Shown: positions 7,532-15,787 of the stretch, piece by piece
Layout of the letters: each line of letters begins with the position of its first letter
Numbering within the stretch: position 1 is the stretch's first letter
Assembly: GCA_965367815.1 (NCBI GenBank)
Contig: CBDUKN010000031.1
Location: forward strand, 1 to 16,623
Reading direction: 5' to 3'
DNA: 16,623 nucleotides
Source of the DNA: an uncultured Thermoprotei archaeon
Lineage (GTDB): Archaea; Thermoproteota; Thermoprotei; Thermofilales; B15-G2
Notes under the pieces: model-generated
Databases searched by the model: none
What the model was told of the DNA's origin: nothing
What the model saw: only the letters and a program-made list of their open reading frames with translations
Program-made: the position numbers and the translations under genes

Positions 7532-8176
7532 ATGGTAATCGTTAAATGGCATAGACACGCTTGTTTTGAAATAAGAGGTAGTAGTGTAACCGTAGTAATA
7601 GATCCTCATGACGGAGCATCGCTTGGTATAGCTCCCCCGTCATGTAAAGGAGACGTAATTCTAGTAACGCACGATCACTTCGACCACAATGCGGTAAGTA
7701 TAGTAGCTAAGCCAGATTCCGAGATCTTAGTAATGCTTAGAGGAGAAAAAACAGTAAAAGGAGTTTATGTAAAAGGAATAAAAACTTATCACGATAAATT
7801 TGAAGGAAGACAGAGAGGAGAAAATACGGTATACCTGTTTATAGTAGATGGTATAAGATTTGCTCACCTAGGAGACTTAGGCCATGTTCTCAATGAAAGC
7901 GAAATAAAAGAGCTAGGTGAAGTAGACGTTCTCTTCATACCTGTCGGAGGAACCTATACTATCGGAGCGAAAGAAGCAGCAGAAATCGTAAATAAGCTTT
8001 CACCAAAATTAGTGATGCCAATGCATTACAAGATTCCCGGACTAGAGTTACCTTTATCTGAAGTAGATAAGTTTGCATCGAAATTCGAGAAAGTAGAGGA
8101 AAAGCCTAATGAAGTAGAGGTAACAAAAGAAAATCTCCCGGAGCCCGTAACAATATGGGTGTTGTCGCCAGAATAA
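7532..8176 (+). CDS. Metallo-beta-lactamase-fold hydrolase (COG2220/UPF0173-like)
   Basis: WHRHACF, IDPH, THDHFDH, HLGD, IPVGG.YT, PMHY. Confidence 0.92.
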   Translation: MVIVKWHRHACFEIRGSSVTVVIDPHDGASLGIAPPSCKGDVILVTHDHFDHNAVSIVAKPDSEILVMLRGEKTVKGVYVKGIKTYHDKFEGRQRGENTVYLFIVDGIRFAHLGDLGHVLNESEIKELGEVDVLFIPVGGTYTIGAKEAAEIVNKLSPKLVMPMHYKIPGLELPLSEVDKFASKFEKVEEKPNEVEVTKENLPEPVTIWVLSPE

Positions 8177-8204
8177 TCTAAATACTTCTTAGCTCTAAGT
8201 AACT

Positions 8205-8265
8205 AGGGGATGAAGACTGCACGTCAGGGGCTTATTGATGGCCTAATTGGTCTTTGCGGACCCCT
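8205..8265 (+). ncRNA. C/D-box sRNA with degenerate boxes and two guides antisense to 23S rRNA
   Basis: C GGGATGA (8207-13), guide AGACTGCACGTCAGGGG, D' CTTA (8231-34), C' TTGATGG (8235-41), guide CCTAATTGGTCTTTG, D CGGA (8257-60). The guides are complementary to the LSU motifs CUGACGUGCA and AAAGACCAAU (recalled, not in window). TATA-like TCTAAATA at 8177-8184. Confidence 0.75.
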
Positions 8266-8525
8266 CGACTAAACATGTTGTCTAATTCTTTTTTGAGTAA
8301 CTCTATTAAATATCCTTCTTCTCCCGGAACTCCTTTAAAAACGAATTTATCGTTTATATAGACTTCAGGCATATCGTCTCTACTTTTATCTTCAATTAAA
8401 CTTACTTCAATACTATACTCTTCTTCCAAGAGATCTTTGATGTAAAGTATCCAGTCTCTTACGGTTTGATACCAGTAGCCTCCATCGCCCTTAATCTTAA
8501 TGTATATACGTGAAACTGAGGGCAT
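8232..8525 (-). CDS. Small acidic hypothetical protein, probable thioredoxin-like fold without Cys
   Basis: MPEVYINDKFVFKGVP resembles the cis-Pro beta hairpin of the Trx fold. SD AGGGAG. Confidence 0.7.
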   Translation of the reverse strand: MPSVSRIYIKIKGDGGYWYQTVRDWILYIKDLLEEEYSIEVSLIEDKSRDDMPEVYINDKFVFKGVPGEEGYLIELLKKELDNMFSRGVRKDQLGHQ

Positions 8526-8602
8526 ATTTTCTCCCTTTCTTTAGGTAAATTGCATCGGAGTTATAACAGTAAGCTTATTATATACCGGAGTAAATAAACT
8601 CT

Positions 8603-10111
8603 GTGAAGGTAAAAAGGATAGATATTTCTCTTGGAGGCTCAAAAATTGTAATATTTAATGAGAAGGATGCTATTAGGCTTGGTTTAAAGCCTTATGACAG
8701 AGTTAAAGTAGTTAGTGAGTCGGGAAAATCTATTACAGCGTCGGTTAGTATTACTAGGACATTTATTAATGAAGGAGAAATAGGTGTTTTAAAGGAAGTT
8801 GGAGAAAGTCTTGGAGTAAAAGAAGGAGATGAGGTAAAAGTCGTACTCGCACCTCATCCTGCTTCCTGGCAGTTTATACGGAAAAAGCTTAAGGGAAATA
8901 AGTTAACAAGAGACGAAATATACTATATTATCAGAGATGTTGTTTCAGGAGAGTTAAGCGAACTAGAAATCGCTGCTTTTCTGTTAGCAGAGTACTTTCA
9001 TGGAATGAGTATAGACGAAATAGTTTATATGATAGAGGCTATGGTCGAAACAGGGGTCAGGATAGAGTTTGAAGAAACAGTATACGACATTCATAGCATA
9101 GGCGGTGTACCAGGAAATTCTAAAGTTGCTTTAATAGAAGTACCTGTTGTCGCTGCTACAGGACTACTTATTCCAAAGACCAGTAGCAGAGCTATAACAA
9201 GCCCAGCAGGCACCGCTGATACTATGGAGGTTCTAGCGAATGTTAGTTTTAAAGCAGATGAAATAAGGGAAATGGCTCTAAAAGCTAGGGGACTGATATG
9301 CTGGGGTGGGATTCTCGGATTGGCGCCGGCCGATGACATTTTCATAAAAGTAGAGCATCCTCTTCAAATAGATCCTCCGTCTCAGATGATAGCAAGTATT
9401 TTGGCGAAAAAAGTGGCCATGGGAGTCAAGTACCTAGTAATAGATATTCCCACGGGCAAGGGTACAAAAGCTCCTACAAGAGAGTATTCTGAGAAGCTGG
9501 CTAGACTATTTCTTGATGTAAGCGAGAAACTGAACATAACGCTTAGATGTGCTATCACTTACGGAGGCCAGCCTATTGGTTACAGCGCAGGCCCGGCTCT
9601 CGAGGCCAGAGAAGCTATAGAGGCTTTGCAAAACAAGCGTGGTGCTATGAGCGTTATTGATAAAGCACTTTCGCTAGCAGGCTTAATATTCGAGATGGCT
9701 GGTCTTGAAGCAAAAGGTAAAGGATATGACTTAGCTAAGGAGATATTTAGGTCAGGTAAGGCATGGGAGAAAATGAAGCAGATAATTGAAGTACAGGGAG
9801 GCGACCCGAATATAAAGCCTGAAGATATTCCAGTAGGCGGTAAGAGAATTAGAATAGAGTCTCCTGTCGACAGCTATGTGACTCATGTAGACAATACAGC
9901 TATTACTTTGATAGCTAGAGCCGCTGGAGCCCCAATAGACAAAGGAGCGGGTGTAGCAATATTCGTTAAAGCAGGCCATAAAGTTAAGAAAGGGGATCCT
10001 CTCATAGAGATTTACGCTGAGAGAGAATCGAAGTTAACGGAGGCATATAATCTGGCGCTTAAACTTAAGCCTGTTACTCTAGAAGGAATGCTGCTGAAGA
10101 CTATTCCATGA
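8603..10111 (+). CDS. deoA: AMP phosphorylase (archaeal NMP phosphorylase, thymidine phosphorylase family)
   Basis: N-terminal extension of about 80 aa, DIHSIGGVPGN, PKTSSRAITSPAGTADTMEVL, LAPADD, ASILAKK, QPIG...GPALEARE, ARAAGAPIDKGAG. Confidence 0.96.
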   Translation: MKVKRIDISLGGSKIVIFNEKDAIRLGLKPYDRVKVVSESGKSITASVSITRTFINEGEIGVLKEVGESLGVKEGDEVKVVLAPHPASWQFIRKKLKGNKLTRDEIYYIIRDVVSGELSELEIAAFLLAEYFHGMSIDEIVYMIEAMVETGVRIEFEETVYDIHSIGGVPGNSKVALIEVPVVAATGLLIPKTSSRAITSPAGTADTMEVLANVSFKADEIREMALKARGLICWGGILGLAPADDIFIKVEHPLQIDPPSQMIASILAKKVAMGVKYLVIDIPTGKGTKAPTREYSEKLARLFLDVSEKLNITLRCAITYGGQPIGYSAGPALEAREAIEALQNKRGAMSVIDKALSLAGLIFEMAGLEAKGKGYDLAKEIFRSGKAWEKMKQIIEVQGGDPNIKPEDIPVGGKRIRIESPVDSYVTHVDNTAITLIARAAGAPIDKGAGVAIFVKAGHKVKKGDPLIEIYAERESKLTEAYNLALKLKPVTLEGMLLKTIP

Positions 10112-11319
10112 AGAAAGTAATTAGAGACCCTGTTCACGGAAATATAGAACTAGATGAGTTAGATTTAGCTATAATAGACTCTGAGCCCTTCCAGAGATTA
10201 CGAGGAATAAAGCAGCTAGGCTTAGTTCACTTAGTTTTTCCTGGAGCTACTCACACAAGGTTTGAACATTCTATCGGTGTACGCTACTTGGCCGAGGAAA
10301 TATTTACTACAGTAAATTCTAGGGAAAGCATTTTCTCCGAAGAAGACTTTAATAAACTGAAGGCAGCAGCCCTGCTCCATGATATTGCGCATACAGCTTT
10401 TTCCCATGTACTAGAGGAAGTCGTTAAAGAAGAGGGAGTTTCTCATGAAGAAATGTCGGAGAGAATCATTAACGGAACTGAGCTTAAAGATATTTTGGGA
10501 GATTATGGTCTTCGAGTAAAAGATGTCGTTGATATCATTAAGGGTAAAGAAGGGCCTTTATCGCAAATAGTTAAAAGCGACTTAGACGCCGATAGACTCG
10601 ACTATCTTCAGCGCGACGCATATTACTGTGGTGTAGCATACGGTGTAATAGATTCCCGCATACTGAGAGAATTTACTGTAGTAAATGATACTTTAGCTGT
10701 AAGTGAGAAGGGACTTTACCCTGCAGTAACAGTTCTTTTTGCCAGGCATACAATGTTTACTGTCGTATACGGTCACAAAACCTCGAGAGCCGCTACTTGT
10801 ATGTTAGTCAAAGGAGTGCGTAGGGCATTAGAAGAAGGAGTTATTTCTTTTGATGAATTGTTTAGGCTTACTGATGAAGAGCTTCTTATAAAGCTCCGAG
10901 ACTCGAGAGTAAGCTATTGTCGAGAAATTGCAGAGAGAATTAGAAGAAGAAAATTGTTTAAAATGGCTTATCAGCTTAGAGGAGATATTCTTTCAGTGGA
11001 CACGATACTGGAGTTTGTTTTTCTCAAAGAAAATGTTTTAGAGAAGCAAAAGCTTGAGGAAAGTATAGCTGAGAAAGCCGGAGTGCATGTAGGCTACGTG
11101 GCCTTAGATATTCCGGAAAACCCGGTGCTAGAGGAAGCTAATGTCAAGATTTATACTGAAGAAGGGTTGAAGGATATTAAGGAGCTTTCACCTATAGCGA
11201 AGACTTTAACTGATGCTTATACCTTTTCGTGGAGCGTAGCTGTATTTACCCTAGAGGAACATAGGTCTATTGTAAGAGATGCTGCAAAAGAAGTCTTGAG
11301 AAAATTTATCAAGATTTAG
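10108..11319 (+). CDS. HD-domain phosphohydrolase (COG1078, SAMHD1/dNTP triphosphohydrolase-like)
   Basis: RDPVHG, FQRLRGIKQLG...VFPGATHTRFEHSIG, LHDIAH, HEE, DADRLDYLQRD, VYGHK. ATGA overlap with AMP phosphorylase. Confidence 0.93.
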   Translation: MKKVIRDPVHGNIELDELDLAIIDSEPFQRLRGIKQLGLVHLVFPGATHTRFEHSIGVRYLAEEIFTTVNSRESIFSEEDFNKLKAAALLHDIAHTAFSHVLEEVVKEEGVSHEEMSERIINGTELKDILGDYGLRVKDVVDIIKGKEGPLSQIVKSDLDADRLDYLQRDAYYCGVAYGVIDSRILREFTVVNDTLAVSEKGLYPAVTVLFARHTMFTVVYGHKTSRAATCMLVKGVRRALEEGVISFDELFRLTDEELLIKLRDSRVSYCREIAERIRRRKLFKMAYQLRGDILSVDTILEFVFLKENVLEKQKLEESIAEKAGVHVGYVALDIPENPVLEEANVKIYTEEGLKDIKELSPIAKTLTDAYTFSWSVAVFTLEEHRSIVRDAAKEVLRKFIKI

Positions 11320-12422
11320 AATAGTTCTCTTTCGAAGGAAGTTAGTACTTGGCAACCTTTCTCTGTGACTACTACCATGTCTTCTATGCGGACTCCTCCT
11401 ACTCCAGGTATATAAACTCCGGGCTCTACAGTAACGACCATGTTTTTCTTTAAAATATCTTTTGAAGTGGCGCCTAGAGCAGGTTTTTCGTGTATCTCGA
11501 TTCCTACTCCGTGGCCTAAACTGTGGACAAAGAACTTTGCTAAGCCCTTTTCCTTCAAATAATCTCTAGCGACTTTATCTACTTCGCTACACGGCTTACC
11601 TTCAGCTATAGCTTCTATTGCTTTCTTCTGAGCTTCGAGTACCGAGTAAAGTATTTCTCTTATTTTCCCTCGAGGTTTACCGATGTACAGTGTCCTAGTC
11701 ATATCAGCACAGTATCCATTAATTCTAGCTCCAAGATCTATTACAACGAGGTCTCCTTCGGTAATTTTCCTTTCCGATGGAGTAAAGTGTGGATAAACAG
11801 AGTTTTCTCCCGAAGCAACTATGGGCTCAAATGACGGGGATCCTTCAGAATAGATTACTCTAGCTATTTCAGCAGCTATTTCTCTTTCACTTACTCCGAC
11901 GTCAATTACTTCAATAGCTTTTCTCATAGCTCTTTCAGTAACTTTTACTGCTTTCATAATGAACTCTAACTCAACTTCATCTTTGATAGCTCTCATAGAT
12001 GTTATGACTTCAGTAAAGTCTACCAATGACTCTATTCTGATGTTCTTTTTTATAATCTCTTCAAGTTTAGGTGTAGGAGCCTCTATTCCGATGTTCTTGG
12101 CTTCAAGTTCTTCTAGTAAAAGGCATATAGCTTTCTCAGTAGTATCGGCATAAACAGGCTTTTCGTCTACTTTAAGAGGAGTACCCCTTAGCGCATGTAC
12201 CCTTATGTCTTTGACGTAAGAAGTGGCTTTAGCTCTCTCGTATTCAAGTCTACTTGTAAGTAAAATAGGGTCTCTGTCTACCGGGATAAAGAGTGTTCCA
12301 CCGCCTTCGAATCCAGTGAAGTAGAAAATATTTGGTGCACTTCTAACAATAATTACGCCAAGATTTTTCTTAGATGCTTCTTCTCTTATTTTACGCAGTC
12401 TTCTATCATAAATATAGCTCAC
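11316..12422 (-). CDS. Xaa-Pro aminopeptidase/dipeptidase (M24B)
   Basis: RAIKD..E, IDLG, GYCADMTRT, HSLGHGVGIEIHE.P, EPGVY, GVRIED. Confidence 0.95.
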   Translation of the reverse strand: MSYIYDRRLRKIREEASKKNLGVIIVRSAPNIFYFTGFEGGGTLFIPVDRDPILLTSRLEYERAKATSYVKDIRVHALRGTPLKVDEKPVYADTTEKAICLLLEELEAKNIGIEAPTPKLEEIIKKNIRIESLVDFTEVITSMRAIKDEVELEFIMKAVKVTERAMRKAIEVIDVGVSEREIAAEIARVIYSEGSPSFEPIVASGENSVYPHFTPSERKITEGDLVVIDLGARINGYCADMTRTLYIGKPRGKIREILYSVLEAQKKAIEAIAEGKPCSEVDKVARDYLKEKGLAKFFVHSLGHGVGIEIHEKPALGATSKDILKKNMVVTVEPGVYIPGVGGVRIEDMVVVTEKGCQVLTSFERELF

Positions 12423-12464
12423 GTACTACTGTGCACCCTAAAGTATATTAAGTTATTTGCTTTG

Positions 12465-13145
12465 CTAGGAGAAAGAATGGGCTGAAATACCGATTATCTT
12501 AAGAATATCTCTTAAATCATATATGACTGGAACATCGTATTTTTTGTTAGTGTTAAGGTCTCTAACTATTATTACGACATCTATTCCAGCAGCTTTTGCG
12601 CATTCCACGTCGTAAGCACTATCGCCTACATATAAAGCCTCCTTAGGGGTTACTTGAAGTCTGCTTACTGTGTCGAGAAGATGCCGTGGATCAGGCTTAG
12701 GGTACTCTACGTCATCTCTGCATAGAATAACGTCAATCAAGTCAAATATACCAATTTTTCTCAGTGTTTGGTAAGCTATACTACGGCTACTAAATGTACA
12801 TATACCTATTTTAATAGAATTGTCTTTGAGAGATTTAATGACTTCCTTAGCGTGGGGATCAGGTTTAAAGAATTTCTGTGCATATACACCGTACTCGTCT
12901 ATTATTTCGTCAGCTATCTGAGTAACCTTGGCTTTCATCAAAGCATTGTTTTTGAAAAATTCTCGTGCAAGAAAACGCATTCTATATAAAAAATCGTCAG
13001 GTTTAAGAATATTCTCGAGTCTTTTGTCAAATGAAACTAACGCGTTATATAACCTGAGCTTATACTGCATGTATACCTCCTTGTTAGGAAATCTGCCAAC
13101 AGTAAGTGTTCCGTCTAAATCGAATATTACTGCTTTCTTATGCAT
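12465..13145 (-). CDS. HAD-superfamily phosphatase (phosphoglycolate phosphatase-like)
   Basis: IFDLDGTL, GICT, KPDP, VGDSAYD..CAKAAG. SD AGGAGG; 8-nt overlap with the ASCH gene. Confidence 0.92.
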   Translation of the reverse strand: MHKKAVIFDLDGTLTVGRFPNKEVYMQYKLRLYNALVSFDKRLENILKPDDFLYRMRFLAREFFKNNALMKAKVTQIADEIIDEYGVYAQKFFKPDPHAKEVIKSLKDNSIKIGICTFSSRSIAYQTLRKIGIFDLIDVILCRDDVEYPKPDPRHLLDTVSRLQVTPKEALYVGDSAYDVECAKAAGIDVVIIVRDLNTNKKYDVPVIYDLRDILKIIGISAHSFS

Positions 13146-13764
13146 GATCGCCTCCTATTAAATCATAGAAAATATCTTTATTGCTATTCGATACCTTTAT
13201 TATATTTTTATTTATCAAGATTTTGAGTGCCTTTCTTACTACTCTTCTTAGTTCTCTTCTATTATCTACTCTACCATATAAATTTAGTGACGCTTTTCTC
13301 AGACTACCTGTTCTACTAATTTCTTCTAATAATTCTTTTTCTCGTTCAGATAAGTCTAAATTATATCTTAATGCTAATCTAGCTATATCTACTGGAGAAA
13401 GCCCTAGGTACACATCGCTGTCGCTTACTCCGTAAAGAACGTTTTTTATCTTAAGTTCTATAATTGTAACCCATTCTTTTGGATTTATTTTACCGTAGGT
13501 TTTCTTAAGTTCTTTTAATAGCTCTTGAAGGCTTTTGAATCCATCTTTTTTAGCATCTTCATCTGTCAAATCTTTTACTTTTTTATACTTCACGCTAACT
13601 ATTTCAGCTTTTGCTATAACTTTGCCTCCGCTATGAATGAATACTTCCTTGTACTTTGGTCTAACTATACCTCTTCTAATAGTAGTTGTCTTCTGTCCCT
13701 TGAGTAGCATTCCTATATATCTCCATTTGAGTGTAAGGTGGCGGCCCAAGTATATTGGCTTCAT
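13138..13764 (-). CDS. ASCH-domain protein with C-terminal HTH-like domain
   Basis: ASCH signature G.KTTTIR, DLTDEDAKKDGF.S..EL...L...Y. The C-terminal LSEREKELLEEISRTGSLRKASLNL resembles a ModE/LysR-type HTH. Confidence 0.88.
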   Translation of the reverse strand: MKPIYLGRHLTLKWRYIGMLLKGQKTTTIRRGIVRPKYKEVFIHSGGKVIAKAEIVSVKYKKVKDLTDEDAKKDGFKSLQELLKELKKTYGKINPKEWVTIIELKIKNVLYGVSDSDVYLGLSPVDIARLALRYNLDLSEREKELLEEISRTGSLRKASLNLYGRVDNRRELRRVVRKALKILINKNIIKVSNSNKDIFYDLIGGDHA

Positions 13765-13888
13765 TTAATCACTCTCCATGAAATAAATTGGTCTAAAATA
13801 TAATCGTATTGTTCTACGTTTTCCTACGACTGCCTAACGTTTACATCACTTTACTCAACTATTTATTTTTAGTTCTCTCAATAATCAC

Positions 13889-14932
13889 GTGTCTGAAAGT
13901 AAAATTGTCGCGCTTAAAATCCTATTGAGAATATATGTGGTTGCCATAATACTGTACATTGTTGTCAAACTTATTGCTATTGTCACAGAAGAAGTTCTAG
14001 TACAGGAATATGTCTTGGAGTACTTTATGCTAGGCTTACTTTTCCTAATAATATCTGTCTTTATTTCATTCCCTGAAACTAGAACACTTATCTATGGCTA
14101 TAGTAGAGTAGGCTGCGTAAAATACTACTTATCTCAGCTGGCTATCTACTTGATCATCTGTTCTCTTATTTTACATTACTTGTCTAGAATTCTCGCCGTA
14201 AACCTTGTTGATTTAAGGCTTGTCTTTTGGATACTTTGTGGTATTTTTGGCACAATTATCTTTAGTGACATAGTTATTAAAGAAAAGAAAGTATTTGCTT
14301 TCAAAGAACTGAAGTTAAGGCCTATTAAGGCACTTAGATTACCTAGATTTAAGCGATTAAGGCTAGACAGTGATATTCAATTGAAGCTTAAAACAGAGAG
14401 CATAGTGTTGATTCTTGACGGCGATTACAAAGGAGTATGTATTTACGGTGATAGCCGCTTGCACATAGATTCTCTCTTTTATTCGTTTGGAGCATTACCT
14501 AAAAGGAGACTACGAGGATTTACTCTAGTAATTTCTAGGAAAATAAATATACCTGAAGATGCTGAAGAGCTAGAAGAAAGCGAGGCTAAAAGCTACATAG
14601 ATGATTCTATGGAGCAGGTAAACGTCTTAAATAAAGTTATAAAGAGAGTTAGGGAGCTTATAGAAGAAGAGGTGCATAGAAGAGCTGTAATAGCTGCAGA
14701 GGAAAGCGACGATATTAAAGTATTTAAGCTATGGAGGCTTTACGCTATAGAAGACAGGTACTATAGGCTTAAAGTAGTGAATTTAGGCGGTCTTCACGTA
14801 AGTGAAATTAAGTGGATAATAATGCTGAGAGACTCTAGAGCTATACTGCTCAAACACAGTGACGGCTATATGATAATTAAATGTAAGTTAGGTTTCCCTA
14901 AGAAGGTGAAAGAAGATGAGCATAGGAGTTAA
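13889..14932 (+). CDS. Hypothetical membrane protein with 4 N-terminal TM helices and a soluble domain of about 215 aa
   Basis: Four hydrophobic segments within residues ~6-130, followed by a charged region. GTG start with AT-rich TATTTATT about 22-29 nt upstream. Confidence 0.8.
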   Translation: MSESKIVALKILLRIYVVAIILYIVVKLIAIVTEEVLVQEYVLEYFMLGLLFLIISVFISFPETRTLIYGYSRVGCVKYYLSQLAIYLIICSLILHYLSRILAVNLVDLRLVFWILCGIFGTIIFSDIVIKEKKVFAFKELKLRPIKALRLPRFKRLRLDSDIQLKLKTESIVLILDGDYKGVCIYGDSRLHIDSLFYSFGALPKRRLRGFTLVISRKINIPEDAEELEESEAKSYIDDSMEQVNVLNKVIKRVRELIEEEVHRRAVIAAEESDDIKVFKLWRLYAIEDRYYRLKVVNLGGLHVSEIKWIIMLRDSRAILLKHSDGYMIIKCKLGFPKKVKEDEHRS

Positions 14933-15281
14933 GGAAATACGCGGACTGTTTTTCAGAATTGCGCTCTTCCTTTTTGCAGTATACATTTTAGCTAAAATAA
15001 CAGGGTTCTATGAAAACTGGGTCGAGTATACTCCTTTCTTAGCACTGCTTTTCTTTGCCTTAAGTATTCTAACTTACGGTCTTAAAGGAAGTCCAGTGAA
15101 GAAGGCTCAAAGTATAGCATACAGGCTTGGAGGTTTCCTATTTTTAATATGGCTATACATGGTCCTAGCAAAAATAAAATATTTTCAGCTGTTTTCACTT
15201 ACTATAACATCGCCTCAAGTATTCTGGGCTTCAGTATTCCTATTCGGATTAGGCTTTGTTCTAGGAGCTCTTGAAAGGTGA
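14916..15281 (+). CDS. Small 4-TM membrane protein, paralogous to the N-terminal domain of the upstream ORF
   Basis: GGTGA SD at 14905-14909; overlaps the upstream gene by 17 nt; shares RI-x7-YI-x2-K and VFW-x5-FG motifs. Confidence 0.82.
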   Translation: MSIGVKEIRGLFFRIALFLFAVYILAKITGFYENWVEYTPFLALLFFALSILTYGLKGSPVKKAQSIAYRLGGFLFLIWLYMVLAKIKYFQLFSLTITSPQVFWASVFLFGLGFVLGALER

Positions 15282-15287
15282 TAATAA

Positions 15288-15749
15288 TTGCTTTCAGAGA
15301 ACCTAAAGAGGGCTCTTCTTAAACTTTATGTAAATTACTGCTTTAATAGCATAAAAAAGAAGGATCCGAGAGCATTTGAGGTAGTTAAAAGAGGAGTAAA
15401 GAAAAAGATTATATTGTGTCTACTGAGACATGGAAACGAGTGGATGAGTATTTCTGAAGTAGCTAGAGAAATAAAGGTGAGCAAAGCTACTGTACAAGAT
15501 CACTTAGAAGTAATGTTGCGTGAAGGAGTGTTAGAAGACATGAGGATAATGAATAGAAGGCTTTTTAAGATTAAAGACGAGGTTTTTTCGCCTTTCCCAC
15601 CTCTACTTGATATTGCTCTAGTTCTCTCTTCGCTAGTGTTTTTCTCTCTATATGTGTTTTATGAGAGAGAAATTCTTCTCGGTCTTGCTTTGGGCACGAT
15701 TTTCTCTCTTATATTAGCAAAGGTATTAGAGAAAGTGGAACTTGCATAA
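15288..15749 (+). CDS. Winged-HTH (ArsR-like) regulator with a C-terminal two-TM anchor
   Basis: KKIILCLL...MSISEVAREIKVSKATVQDHLEVMLREGVL...RRLFKI followed by two hydrophobic helices. GGTGA SD at 15277-15281 before TTG. Confidence 0.85.
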   Translation: MLSENLKRALLKLYVNYCFNSIKKKDPRAFEVVKRGVKKKIILCLLRHGNEWMSISEVAREIKVSKATVQDHLEVMLREGVLEDMRIMNRRLFKIKDEVFSPFPPLLDIALVLSSLVFFSLYVFYEREILLGLALGTIFSLILAKVLEKVELA

Positions 15750-15787
15750 AGTTTAAGAGAGACCTTCAGTTGTAGGTATTTGAGTAA

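Noticed and set aside
8555-8598. Repeated CGGAGT in the divergent promoter upstream of AMP phosphorylase
   Set aside because: Only two 6-nt copies; not distinguishable from chance.
11316-11319. Overlapping stop codons of the convergent HD and peptidase genes
   Set aside because: Common in compact archaeal genomes; no further structure.
1364-13707. Short nested ORFs (1364-1555, 4522-4851, 5802-6056, 6589-6864, 7222-7443, 9091-9345, 9752-9979, 11959-12153, 12768-12989, 12928-13161, 13181-13435, 13525-13707)
   Set aside because: They lie antisense or out of frame within well-supported genes, with biased composition and no motifs.
13790-13850. Minus-strand GTGATGT resembling a C box
   Set aside because: No D, D' or C' boxes at suitable spacing.
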